DNA from: Eledone cirrhosa
Taxonomy: Eukaryota
Assembly: GCA_964016885.1 (NCBI GenBank)
Contig: OZ024740.1
Coordinates: 438,154,001-438,218,000, forward strand
Length of the DNA stretch: 64,000 bases
Direction: 5' to 3'
Below the pieces are notes generated by a model. That model had not been told where the DNA came from, ran no database searches, and saw only the letters and a list, made by a program, of their open reading frames with translations. Made by a program: the position numbers and the translations under genes. This document shows positions 39,666 through 56,000 of the stretch, piece by piece. Numbering within the stretch: the stretch's first letter is position 1; every line of letters starts with the position of its first letter.

Positions 39666-40431
39666 GATACATACTTCCCTTCACCAACTAGTTTTGTTGA
39701 CCCTGAAACTTTCATGGTTCCTGTCCTCGTCTTCCGTCAAAGCAATAACAATTCAAGAAAAATAATCTAGCCTTATAATTGCTAATATTTAAAATATATA
39801 ATTTTAGGTAACGGCATAGCTAAAGTTACATTATAAAAAAATTGACACTTGTGATGTCAAACATTCTACCTGTAGTTATAATGTAACTTGAGTTGAATGT
39901 TCTCAAACATAAAATATATATTTAAAATAAACGCAAATTTATTCCATAATTTTTCACATAATAACAAAACTAAAATTATACGTAAAATACCATTCCTCAA
40001 TTTCTGAAATGAATCTGGGTTTGATATATACGAACCTCCCACTACGAAAAATAAAGAGACTCCCATTATCGTATTGAGAATCAAGCTATCTTTAGAAATG
40101 ATATGTATGATAAATTATATTGGGAGAATAAGGTTAGAAACAAAGTCAGAGGAGGTATGACAATAACCATTACCCTTTTTCGGGGCATCTGAGGTTTCTG
40201 AGAGGAAGGGACGGCGTTGTCCCCAGAAAGATCTAACTGAAATACTTGCAACAGAGTAGGCTCTTCTAAAGGTACCAGTACACAGTGTTAAACTTGCCGA
40301 CAAATTAGGTTAAAACACAAAAACACTTAAAAATATATAATATTTCTAACAAGAGTTGAACTTCTGCTACACAAAATAAATGGCCAATTGTTTTATAGAA
40401 TGGTGAATATTTAAATTTAGTTCATATAATT

Positions 40432-40590
40432 GTTTCTAATTTTGGCACAAGCGCAGCAATTACCCAGTACATTACTGGTACTTTATTTTATCGACCCCGT
40501 AAGGATGAAAGGCAAAGTTAACCTCGGCGGGATTTGAACTCAGAATGGCAAGGGCCATAACTCTATGCGCCAAAGCATGACATCGACGCA
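40432..40590 (-). mobile_element. tRNA-derived SINE (octopus-like)
   Basis: Close copy of 29403-29560. Confidence 0.75.
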
Positions 40591-41099
40591 TAGAGTTAGT
40601 TCATAGAATGACGGTGCTTCAGCACAATTGTGGTGCCCCAGCATGGCCTCAGCCAGTCGGCTGGCACACGTAATAGAGCAATGGAGTAAATAAGTGGCGT
40701 CCCTCCTCTACTAGATTGCATCAGTCCACAGAACTTATACGGCCTAGACCTCAGTCTGTTGACGTGTTAGTAAAATAAATAGAATGGCGGGGAACATTCT
40801 CGGCTACTGAGAGAGTAGTGACATGATCACGGCCTTAACTAGCAAGTACGTCAGATATAAGTATATCGTATATGTCTTCATATAGACCTTTATTATGAAA
40901 AACGCTCTGTTAGTGTTACGGTAAGTTATAAATAGAAATGTATGTTGGTCATTGTACTACGGTCATGCTGGAATACCACTGTCGTCAAAAGTGTTTATCA
41001 ATTATATGGACCGCAGTAAATTTTCTGTTATTTATTTTATCATCGGTGGTATAAGCGGTGAAAAGCAAAGTCGAAATAACCGGTACCAAACCAAATATA

Positions 41100-44000
41100 A
41101 GAACAGACGTTAATAGAACAGACCTTTATAGAACAGACCTTTATAGGACATACCTTTATAGAACATACCTTTATAGAACATATCTTTATAGAACATACCT
41201 TTATAGAATATACCTTTATAGAACACACCTTTATAGAATAGAACTTTATAGAACATACTTTTATGGAAAATACCTTTATAGAACAGACCTTTATAGAACA
41301 CACCTTTATAGAACAGACCTTTATAGAACATACCTTTATAGAACACACCTTTATAGAACAGACCTTTATAGAACATACCTTTATGGAACACACCTTTATA
41401 GAACAGACCTTTATAGAACATACCTTTATAGAACACACCTTTATAGAACAGACCTTTATAGAACATACCTTTATAGTACATACCTTTACAGAACATACTT
41501 TATGGAACACACCTTTATAGAACACACCTTTATAGAACTTATCTTTATATTACATACCTTTATATAACACACCTTTATAGAACATACCTTTATAGAATAT
41601 ACCTTTATAGAATATACCCTTATAGAACGCACCTTTATAGTACATACCTTAATAGAACATACCTTAATAAAACATACCTTTATAGAACATACCTTTATTA
41701 TTATTACCTTTATAGAACACACCTTTATAGAATATACCTTTATAGAACATACCTTTATAGAACACACCTTTATAGAACAGACCATTATAGAACATACCTT
41801 TATAGAACACACTTTATAGAACATACCTTTATAGAACATACCTTTATAGAACAGACCTAAATAGAAAATACCTTTATAGAACAGACCTTTATAGTTACTA
41901 CCTTTATAGAACAGACCTTTATAGTTACTACCTTTATAGAACAGACCTTAATAGTTACTACCTTTATAGAACACACCTTTATAGTTACTACCTTTATAGA
42001 ACACAACTTTATAGAACATACCTTAATAGAACATGCCATTATAGAACAGATCTTTATGGAACATAACTTTATAGAACACACCTTAATAGAACATGCCATT
42101 ATAGAACATACCTTTATAGAACATAACTTTATAGAACACACCTTTATAGAATACAGCTTTATAGAACAGACCTTTATAGAACATACCTTAATATAACATA
42201 CCTTAATAGAAAACACCTTTATAGAACATACCTTTATAGTACATACCTTTATAGAACACACCTTTATAGAACATACCTTTATAGAATATACCTTTATAGA
42301 ATGTACCCTTATAGAACACACCTTTATAGTACATACCTTAAAAGAACATATCTTTATAGAACACACCTTTATAGTACATACTTTAAAAGAACATACCTTT
42401 ATAGAACATACCTTTATAGAACATACCTTTATTATTATTACCTTTATAGAACATACCTTTATAGAATACACCTTTATAGAACATACCTTTATAGAACACA
42501 CCTTATAGAACACACCTTTATAGAACATACCTTTATAGAACACACCTTTATAGAACATACCTTTATAGAACATACCTTTATAGAACATACTTTTATAGAA
42601 GAGACCTAAATAGAACATACCTTCATAGAACATACCTTTATAGTTACTACCTTTATAGAACATACCTTTATAGAACACACCTTTATAGAACATACCTTTA
42701 GAGAACACACCTTAATAGAACATGCCTTTATAGAACAGACCTTTATAGAACATACCTTTATAGAACACACCTTAATAGAACATGCCTTTATAGAACAGAC
42801 CTTTATAGAACATACCTTTATAGTACATACTTTTATAGTACATACCTTTATAGTTACTACCTTTATAGAACATACCTTAATAGAACATACCTTTATAGAA
42901 CACAACTTTATAGAACACACCTTTATAGAACATACCTTTATAGAATATACCTTTATAGAACAGACCTTTATAGAACATACCTTTATAGAACACACCTTAA
43001 TAGAACATGCTTTTATAGAACAGGCCTTTATAGAACATACCTTTATAGTACATACCTTTATAGTACATACCTTAATAGAACATACCTTTATAGAACATAC
43101 CTTTATAGAACAGACCTTTATAGAACATACCTTTATAGTACATACCTTTATAGTACATACCTTTATAGTTACTAACTTTATAGAACATATCTTAATAGAA
43201 CATATCTTTATAGAACACACCTTTATAGAACAGACCTTTATAGAACATACCTTTATAGAATATACCTTTATAGAACATACCTTTATAGAACATAACTTTA
43301 TAGAACACACCTTAATAGAACATGCCTTTATAGAACAGGCCTTTATAGAAGATACCTTTATAGTACATACCTTTATAGTACATACCTTAATAGAACATAC
43401 CTTTATAGAACATACCTTTATAGAACAGACCTTTATAGAACATACCTTTATAGAAAATACCTTTATAGAACATACCTTTATAGAACATACCTTTATAGAA
43501 CAGACCTTTATAGAACACACCTTTATAGAATAGAGCTTTATAGAACATACCTTTATAGAACATGCCTTTATAGAACAGATCTGTATAGAACATACCTTTA
43601 TAGAAAATACCTTTATAGAACATACCTTTATAGAACATACCTTTATAGAACAGACCTTTATAGAACATACCTTTATAGAACACACCTTAATAGAACACAC
43701 CTTTATAGAATAGAGCTTTATAGAACATACCTTAATAGAACATGCCTTTATAGAACATACCTTTATAGAACATACCTTTATAGGACATGCCTTTATAGAA
43801 CAGACCTTTATAGAACACACCTTTATAGAACACAACTTTATAGAACATTCCTCTATATAACATACCTTAATAGAACACACCTTTATAGAACACACCTTTA
43901 TAGAACATACTTTTATAGAACATACCTTAATAGAACACACCTTTATAGAACAGACCTTTATAGAACATACTTTTATAGAACACACCTTAATAGAACACAC

Positions 44001-47000
44001 CTTTATAGACCATACCTTAATAGAACATACCTTTATAGAACAGACCTTTATAGAACATACCTTTATAGAACATACCTATATAGAACACACCTTAATAGAA
44101 CATGCCTTTATAGAACAGTCCTTTATAGACCATACCTTTATAGAACACACCTTTATAGTACATATCTTTATAGTACATATCTTTATAGTACATACCTTAA
44201 TAGAACATACCTTTATAGTACATACCTTTATTGAACAGACCTTCATAGAACATACCTTTATAGTACATACCTTTATAGTACATACCTTTATAGTTACTAA
44301 CTTTATAGAACATACCTTAATAGAACAGACCTTTATAGAACATACCTTTATAGAAAATACCTTTATAGAACATATCTTTATAGAACATAACTTTATAGAA
44401 CATACCTTTATAGAACACACCTTTATAGAACATACCTTTATAGAATAGAGCTTTATAGAACATACCTTTATAGAACATACCTTTATAGAACATACCTTTA
44501 TAGAACATACCTTTCTAGAACATACTTTTATAGAACAGACCTTTATAGAACACACCTGAATAGAACATACCTTTATAGAACAGACCTTTATAGAACATAC
44601 CTTTATAGAACACACCTTTATAGAACATACTTTTATAGAACAGACCTTTATAGTTACTACCTTTATAGAACACACATTTATAGTTACTACCTTTATAGAA
44701 CACACCTTTATAGAACATACCTTAATAGAACATGCCATTATAGAACAGATCTTTATGGAACATAACTTTATAGAACACACCTTAATAGAACATGCCATTA
44801 TAGAACAGACCTTTATGGAACATACCTTTATAGAACAGACCTTTATAGAACACATCTTTATAATACATAACTTTATAGAACACACCTTTATAGAACATAC
44901 CTTTATAGAACATACCTTTATAGAACACACCTTTATAGAATACAGCTTTATAGAACAGACCTTATAGAACATACCTTAATATAACATACCTTAATAGAAA
45001 ATACTCTTATAGAACATACCTGTATAGTACATACCTTTATAGAACACACCTTTATAGAACATACCTTTATAGAATATACCTTTATAGAATGTACCCTTAT
45101 AGAACACACCTTTATAGTACATACCTTAAAAGAACATACCTTTATAGAACACACCTTTATAGTACATACTTTAAAAGAACATACCTTTATAGAACATACC
45201 TTTATAGAACATACCTTTATTATTATTACCTTTATAGAACATACCTTTATAGAATACACCTTTATAGAACATACCTTTATAGAACACACCTTATAGAACA
45301 GACCTTTATAGAACATACCTTTATAGAACACACCTTTATAGAACATACCTTTATAGAACATACCTTTATAGAACATACTTTTATAGAACAGACCTAAATA
45401 GAACATACCTTCATAGAACATACCTTTATAGTTACTACCTTTATAGAACATACCTTTATAGAACATACCTTTATAGAACATACCTTTAGAGAACACACCT
45501 TAATAGAACATGCCTTTATAGAACAGACCTTTATAGAACATACCTTTACAGAACACACCTTAATAGAACATGCCTTTATAGAACAGACCTTTATAGAACA
45601 TACCTTTATAGTACATACTTTTATAGTACATACCTTTATAGTTACTACCTTTATAGAACATACCTTAATAGAACATACCTTTATAGAACACAACTTTATA
45701 GAACACATCTTTATAGAACATACCTTTATAGAATATACCTTTATAGAACAGACCTTTATAGAACATACCTTTATAGAACACACCTTAATAGAACATGCTT
45801 TTATAGAACAGGCCTTTATAGAACATACCTTTATAGTACATACCTTTATAGTACATACCTTAATAGAACATACCTTTATAGAACATACCTTTATAGAACA
45901 GACCTTTATAGAACATACCTTTATAGTACATACCTTTATAGTACATACCTTTATAGTTACTAACTTTATAGAACATATCTTAATAGAACATATCTTTATA
46001 GAACACACCTTTATAGAACAGACCTTTATAGAACATACCTTTATAGAATATACCTTTATAGAACATACCTTTATAGAACATACCTTTATAGAACAGACCT
46101 TTATAGAACATACCTTTATAGAAATCACCTTAATAGAACACACCTTTATAGAATAGAGCTTTATAGAACATACCTTTATAGAACATGCCTTTATAGAACA
46201 GATCTGTATAGAACATACCTTTATAGAAAATACCTTTATAGAACATACCTTTATAGAACATACCTTTATAGAACAGACCTTTATAGAACATACCTTTATA
46301 GAATACAGCTTTATAGAACAGACCTTTATAGAACATACCTTAATATAACATACCTTAATAGAAAACACCTTTATAGAACATACCTTTATAGTACATACCT
46401 TTATAGAACACACCTTTATAGAACATACCTTTATAGAATATACCTTTATAGAATGTACCCTTATAGAACACACCTTTATAGTACATACCTTAAAAGAACA
46501 TACCTTTATAGAACACACCTTTATAGTACATACTTTAAAAGAACATACCTTTATAGAACATACCTTTATAGAACATACCTTTATTATTATTACCTTTATA
46601 GAACATACCTTTATAGAATACACCTTTATAGAACATACCTTTATAGAACACACCTTATAGAACACACCTTTATAGAACATACCTTTATAGAACACACCTT
46701 TATAGAACATACCTTTATAGAACATACCTTTATAGAACATACTTTTATAGAAGAGACCTAAATAGAACATACCTTCATAGAACATACCTTTATAGTTACT
46801 ACCTTTATAGAACATACCTTTATAGAACACACCTTTATAGAACATACCTTTAGAGAACACACCTTAATAGAACATGCCTTTATAGAACAGACCTTTATAG
46901 AACATACCTTTATAGAACACACCTTAATAGAACATGCCTTTATAGAACAGACCTCTATAGAACATACCTTTATAGTACATACTTTTATAGTACATACCTT

Positions 47001-50000
47001 TATAGTTACTACCTTTATAGAACATACCTTAATAGAACATACCTTTATAGAACACAACTTTATAGAACACACCTTTATAGAACATACCTTTATAGAATAT
47101 ACCTTTATAGAACAGACCTTTATAGAACATACCTTTATAGAACACACCTTAATAGAACATGCTTTTATAGAACAGGCCTTTATAGAACATACCTTTATAG
47201 TACATACCTTTATAGTACATACCTTAATAGAACATACCTTTATAGAACATACCTTTATAGAACAGACCTTTATAGAACATACCTTTATAGTACATACCTT
47301 TATAGTACATACCTTTATAGTTACTAACTTTATAGAACATATCTTAATAGAACATATCTTTATAGAACACACCTTTATAGAACAGACCTTTATAGAACAT
47401 ACCTTTATAGAATATACCTTTATAGAACATACCTTTATAGAACATAACTTTATAGAACACACCTTAATAGAACATGCCTTTATAGAACAGGCCTTTATAG
47501 AAGATACCTTTATAGTACATACCTTTATAGTACATACCTTAATAGAACATACCTTTATAGAACATACCTTTATAGAACAGACCTTTATAGAACATACCTT
47601 TATAGAAAATACCTTTATAGAACATACCTTTATAGAACATACCTTTATAGAACAGACCTTTATAGAACACACCTTTATAGAATAGAGCTTTATAGAACAT
47701 ACCTTTATAGAACATGCCTTTATAGAACAGATCTGTATAGAACATACCTTTATAGAAAATACCTTTATAGAACATACCTTTATAGAACATACCTTTATAG
47801 AACAGACCTTTATAGAACATACCTTTATAGAACACACCTTAATAGAACACACCTTTATAGAATAGAGCTTTATAGAACATACCTTAATAGAACATGCCTT
47901 TATAGAACATACCTTTATAGAACATACCTTTATAGGACATGCCTTTATAGAACAGACCTTTATAGAACACACCTTTATAGAACACAACTTTATAGAACAT
48001 TCCTCTATATAACATACCTTAATAGAACACACCTTTATAGAACACACCTTTATAGAACACACTTTTATAGAACATACCTTAATAGAACACACCTTTATAG
48101 AACAGACCTTTATAGAACATACTTTTATAGAACACACCTTAATAGAACACACCTTTATAGACCATACCTTAATAGAACATACCTTTATAGAACAGACCTT
48201 TATAGAACATACCTTTATAGAACATACCTATATAGAACACACCTTAATAGAACATGCCTTTATAGAACAGTCCTTTATAGAACATACCTTTATAGAACAC
48301 ACCTTTATAGTACATATCTTTATAGTACATATCTTTATAGTACATACCTTAATAGAACATACCTTTATAGTACATACCTTTATTGAACAGACCTTCATAG
48401 AACATACCTTTATAGTACATACCTTTATAGTACATACCTTTATAGTTACTAACTTTATAGAACATACCTTAATAGAACAGACCTTTATAGAACATACCTT
48501 TATAGAAAATACCTTTATAGAACATACCTTTATAGAACATAACTTTATAGAACATACCTTTATAGAACACACCTTTATAGAACATACCTTTATAGAATAG
48601 AGCTTTATAGAACATACCTTTATAGAACATACCTTTATAGAACATACCTTTATAGAACATACCTTTCTAGAACATACTTTTATAGAACAGACCTTTATAG
48701 AACACACCTGAATAGAACATACCTTTATAGAACAGACCTTTATAGAACATACCTTTATAGAACACACCTTTATAGAACATACTTTTATAGAACAGACCTT
48801 TATAGTTACTACCTTTATAGAACACACATTTATAGTTACTACCTTTATAGAACACACCTTTATAGAACATACCTTAATAGAACATGCCATTATAGAACAG
48901 ATCTTTATGGAACATAACTTTATAGAACACACCTTAATAGAACATGCCATTATAGAACAGACCTTTATGGAACATACCTTTATAGAACAGACCTTTATAG
49001 AACACATCTTTATAATACATAACTTTATAGAACACACCTTTATAGAACATACCTTTATAGAACATACCTTTATAGAACACACCTTTATAGAATACAGCTT
49101 TATAGAACAGACCTTATAGAACATACCTTAATATAACATACCTTAATAGAAAATACTCTTATAGAACATACCTGTATAGTACATACCTTTATAGAACACA
49201 CCTTTATAGAACATACCTTTATAGAATATACCTTTATAGAATGTACCCTTATAGAACACACCTTTATAGTACATACCTTAAAAGAACATACCTTTATAGA
49301 ACACACCTTTATAGTACATACTTTAAAAGAACATACCTTTATAGAACATACCTTTATAGAACATACCTTTATTATTATTACCTTTATAGAACATACCTTT
49401 ATAGAATACACCTTTATAGAACATACCTTTATAGAACACACCTTATAGAACAGACCTTTATAGAACATACCTTTATAGAACACACCTTTATAGAACATAC
49501 CTTTATAGAACATACCTTTATAGAACATACTTTTATAGAACAGACCTAAATAGAACATACCTTCATAGAACATACCTTTATAGTTACTACCTTTATAGAA
49601 CATACCTTTATAGAACATACCTTTATAGAACATACCTTTAGAGAACACACCTTAATAGAACATGCCTTTATAGAACAGACCTTTATAGAACATACCTTTA
49701 CAGAACACACCTTAATAGAACATGCCATTATAGAACAGACCTTTATAGAACATACCTTTATAGTACATACTTTTATAGTACATACCTTTATAGTTACTAC
49801 CTTTATAGAACATACCTTAATAGAACATACCTTTATAGAACACAACTTTATAGAACACATCTTTATAGAACATACCTTTATAGAATATACCTTTATAGAA
49901 CAGACCTTTATAGAACATACCTTTATAGAACACACCTTAATAGAACATGCTTTTATAGAACAGGCCTTTATAGAACATACCTTTATAGTACATACCTTTA

Positions 50001-53000
50001 TAGTACATACCTTAATAGAACATACCTTTATAGAACATACCTTTATAGAACAGACCTTTATAGAACATACCTTTATAGTACATACCTTTATAGTACATAC
50101 CTTTATAGTTACTAACTTTATAGAACATATCTTAATAGAACATATCTTTATAGAACACACCTTTATAGAACAGACCTTTATAGAACATACCTTTATAGAA
50201 TATACCTTTATAGAACATACCTTTATAGAACATACCTTTATAGAACAGACCTTTATAGAACATACCTTTATAGAAATCACCTTAATAGAACACACCTTTA
50301 TAGAATAGAGCTTTATAGAACATACCTTTATAGAACATGCCTTTATAGAACAGATCTGTATAGAACATACCTTTATAGAAAATACCTTTATAGAACATAC
50401 CTTTATAGAACATACCTTTATAGAACAGACCTTTATAGAACATACCTTTATAGAACACACCTTAATAGAACACACCTTTATAGAATAGAGCTTTATAGAA
50501 CATACCTTAATAGAACATGCCTTTATAGAACAGACCTTTATAGAACACACCTAAATAGGACATGCCTTTATAGAACAGACCTTTATAGAACACACCTTTA
50601 TAGAACACACCTTTAATGAACATTCCTCTATATAACATACCTTAATAGAACACACCTTTATAGAACACACCTTTATAGAACACACTTTTATAGAACATAC
50701 CTTAATAGAACACACCTTTATAGAACAGACCTTTATAGAACATACTTTTATAGAACACACCTTAATAGAACACACCTTTATAGACCATACCTTAATAGAA
50801 CATACCTTTATAGAACAGACCTTTATAGAACATACCTTTATAGAACATACCTATATAGAACACACCTTAATAGAACATGCCTTTATAGAACAGTCCTTTA
50901 TAGAACATACCTTTATAGAACACACCTTTATAGTACATACCTTTATAGTACATACCTTTATAGTACATACCTTAATATAACATACCTTTATAGTACATAC
51001 CTTTATTGAACAGACCTTTATAGAACATACCTTTATAGTACATACCTTTATAGTACATACCTTTAGAGTTACTAACTTTATAGAACATACCTTAATAGAA
51101 CAGACCTTTATAGAACATACCTTTATAGAAAATACCTTTATAGAACATACCTTTATAGAACATACCTTTATAGAACATACCTTTATAGAACACACCTTTA
51201 TAGAACATACCTTTATAGAATAGAGCTTTATAGAACATAGCTTTATAGAACATACCTTTATAGAACATACCTTTATAGAACATACCTTTCTAGAACATAC
51301 TTTTATAGAACAGACCTTTATAGAACACACCTGAATAGAACATACCTTTATAGAACAGACCTTTATAGAACATACCTTTATAGAACACACCTTTATAGAA
51401 CATACTTTTATAGAACAGACCTTTATAGAACACACCTTAATAGAACATACCTTTATAGAACAGAGCTTTATAGAACATACCTTTATAGAACATATCTTTA
51501 TAGAACACACCTTTATAAAACATACCTTTATACAACACACCTTTATAGAACACACCTTAATAGAACATACCTTTATAGAACAGACCTTTATAGAACAGAC
51601 CTGTATACAACACACCTTTATAGAACATACCTTTATAGAAAAGCCCTTTATAGAACACACCTTTATAATACATACCTTTATAGAACAGACCTTTATAGAA
51701 CATACCTTTATAGAACATACCTTTATAGAACATGCCTTTATAGAACACACCTTTATAGAATAGACCTTTATAGAACATACCTCTATAGAACATACCTTTA
51801 TAGAATAGACCTTCATAGAACATACCTTTATAGAACATACCTTTATAGAATAGACCTTTATAGAACATACCTTTTTAGAACACACCTTTATAGAACATAC
51901 ATTTATAGAACACACCTTTATAGAACATACCTTTATATTACACAACATTATAGTACACACCTTTAGCGTACATACCTTAATAGTACATACCTTTATAGAA
52001 CATATCTTTAGAGAAGATACCTTTATAGAATAGACCTTTATAGAACATACCTTTATAGAACACACCTTTATAATACATAACTTTATAGAACACACCTTTA
52101 TAGAACATACCTTTATAGAACACACCTTTATAGAATACACCTTAATATAACATACCTTAATAGAGCACACCTTTATAGAACTTATCTTTATAGAACATAC
52201 CTTTATAGAACACACCTTTATAGAACATACCTTTATAGAATATACCTTTATAGAATGTACCCTTATAGAACACACCTTTATAGTACATACCTTAAAAGAA
52301 CATACCTTTATAGAACACAACTTTATAGTACATACATTAATAGAACATACCTTAATAGAACATACCTTTATAGAACATACCTTTATAGAACATACCTTTA
52401 TTATTATTACCTTTATAGAACACACCTTTATAGAATACACCTTTATAGAACATACCTTTATAGAACACACCTTTATAGAACAGACCTTTATAGAACATAA
52501 CTTTATAGAACACACCTTTATAGAACATACCTTTATAGAACATACCTTTATAGAACATACCTTTATAGAATACTCCTTAATAGAACACACCTTTATAGAA
52601 CACACCTTAATAGAACATGCCATTATAGAACAGACCTTTATAGAACATACCTTTATAGAACACACCTTAATAGAACATGCCTTTATAGAACAGACCTTTA
52701 TAGAACATACCTTTATAGAACACACCTTAATAGAACATGCCTTTATAGAACAGACCTTTATAGAACATACCTTTATAGTACATAACTTTATAGTACATGC
52801 CTTTATAGTTACTACCTTTATAGAACATATCTTAATAGAACATACCTTTATAGAACACACCTTTATAGTACACATCTTTATAGAACACACCTTAATAGAA
52901 CATGCCTTTATAGAACAGGCCTTTATAGAACAGGCATTTATAGAACAGACCTTAATAGAAAATACCTTTATAGAACACACATTTATAGACCATACCTTAA

Positions 53001-56000
53001 TAGAACATACCTTTATAGAACAGACCTTTATAGAACATACCTTTATAGAACATAACATTATATAACACACCTTAATAGAACATACCTTTATAGAACATAC
53101 CTTTATAGAACACACCTTTATAGAACATACCTCTATAGAATATACCTTTCTTGAACATACCTTTATAGAAATGATCTTTATAGAACATACCTTTATAGTA
53201 CATACCTTTATAGTACATACCTTAATAGAACATACCTTTATAGAACATACCTTTATAGAACATACCTTTATAGTACAAACCTTTATAGTACATACCTTTA
53301 GAGTACATACCTTTATAGAACATACCTTTATTGAACAGATCTTTATAGAATATAACTTTATAGAACATCCCTTTACAGAACATACCTTTATAGAATAGAC
53401 CATTATACAACATACCTTTATAGAACATACGTTTATAGAACATACCTTTATAGAACACACCTTTATAGAATAGACCTTTATAGAACATACCTCTATAGAA
53501 CATACCTTTATAGAATAGACCTTTATAGAACATACCTTTATAGAACATACCTTTATAGAATAGACCTTTATAGAACATACCTTTTTAGAACACACCTTTA
53601 TAGAACATACCTTTATAGAACACACCTTTATAGAACATACCTTTATATTACACAACTTTATAGTACACAACTTTAGCGTACATACCTTAATAGAACATAC
53701 CTTTATAGAACATATCTTTAGAGAAGATATCTTTATAGAATAGACCTTTATAGAACATACCTTTATAGAACACACCTTTATAATACATAACTTTATAGAA
53801 CACACCTTTATAGAACACACCTTTATAGAACATACCTTAATAGAACACACCTTTATAGAACTTATCTTTATAGTACATACCTTTATAGAACACACCGTTA
53901 TAGAACATACCTTTATAAAATATACCTTTATAGAATGTACCCTTATAGAACACACCTTTATAGTACATACCTTAAAAGAACATACCTTTATAGAACACAC
54001 CTTTATAGTACATACATTAATAGAACATACCTTTATAGAACATACCTTTATAGAACATACCTTTATTATTATTACCTTTATAGAACACACCTTTATAGAA
54101 TACACCTTTATAGAACATACCTTTATAGAACACACCTTTATAGAACATACCTTTATAGAACATACCGTTATAGAACAGACCTAAATAGAACATACCTTTA
54201 TAGAACATACCTTTATAGAACATACCTTTATAGAACATACCTTAATAGAACATACCTTTATAGAACATACTTTTATAGAATACACCTTAATAGAACACAC
54301 CTTTATAGAACACACCTTAATAGAACATGCCATTATAGAACAGACCTTTGTAGAACATATCTTTATAGAACACACCTTAATAGAACATGCCTTTATAGAA
54401 CAGACCTTTATAGAACATACCTTTATAGAACACACCTTAATAGAACATGCCTTTATAGAACAGACCTTTATAGAACATACCTTTATAGTACATAACTTTA
54501 TAGTACATACCTTTATAGTTACTACTTTTATAGAACATACCTTAATAGAACATACCTTTATAGAACACACCTTTATAGAACAGACCTTTATAGAACACAC
54601 CTTAATAGAACATGCCTTTATAGAACAGGCCTTTATAGAACAGGCCTTTATAGAACAGACCTTAATAGAAAATACCTTTATAGAAAATACGTTTATAGAA
54701 CATACCTTTATAGAACATACCTTTATAGAACACACCTTAATAGAACATACCTTTATAGAACATAACTTTATAGAACATACCGTTATAGAACATACCTTTA
54801 TAGAACATACCTTTATAGAATATACCTTTATAGAATATACCTTTATAGAACAGACCTTTATAGAACATACCTTTATAGAACATACCTTTATAGAACATAC
54901 CTTTATAGAACATACCTTTATAGAACATACCTTTATAGAATATACCTTTATAGAATATACCTTTATAGAACAGACCTTTATAGAACATACCTTTATAGTT
55001 ACTAACTTTATAGAACATACCTTAATAGAACATAACTTTATAGAACACACCTTTATAGAACACACCTTTATAGAACACACCTTAATAGAACATGCCTTTA
55101 TAGAACAGGCCTTTATAGAACAGGCCTTTATAGAACAGACCTTTATAGAACATACCTTTATAGAACACACCTTAATAGAACATGCCTTTATAGAACAGGC
55201 CTTTATAGAACATACCTTTATAGTACATACCTTTATAGTATATACCTTAATAGAACATACCTTTATAGAACATACCTTTATAGAACAGACCTTTATAGAA
55301 CATACCTTAATAGAACATACCTTTATAGAACACACCTTTATAGAACAGACCTTTATAGAACATACCTTTATAGATTATACCTTTATAGAACAAACCTTTC
55401 TAGAACATACCTTCATAGAACACACCTTAATAGAACATACCTTTATAGAACATACCTTTATAGAACATACCTTCATAGAACATACCTTTATAGAACATAC
55501 CTTTATAGAATATACCTTTATAGAATATACCTTTATAGAACAGACCTTTATAGAACATACCTTTATAGAATATACCTTTATAGAATATACCTTTATAGAA
55601 CATACCTTTAGAGAACATACCTTTATAGAACATACCTTTATAGAACATACCTTTATAGAACACACCTTAATAGAACATACCTTTATAGAACATACCTTTA
55701 TAGAACATACCTTTATAGAACATACCTTTATAGAACATACCTTTATAGAATATACCTTTATAGAATATATCTTTATAGAACATACCTTTATAGAATATAC
55801 CTTTATAGAACATAATTTTACAGAACATAACTTTATAGAAAACACCTTTATAGAAGATACCTTTATAGAATATACCTTTCTAGAACATACCTTTATAGAA
55901 CAGATCTTTATAGAACATACCTTTATAGTACATACCCCTATAGTACATACCTTAATAGAACATACCTTTATAGAACATATCTTTATAGAACAGACCTTTA

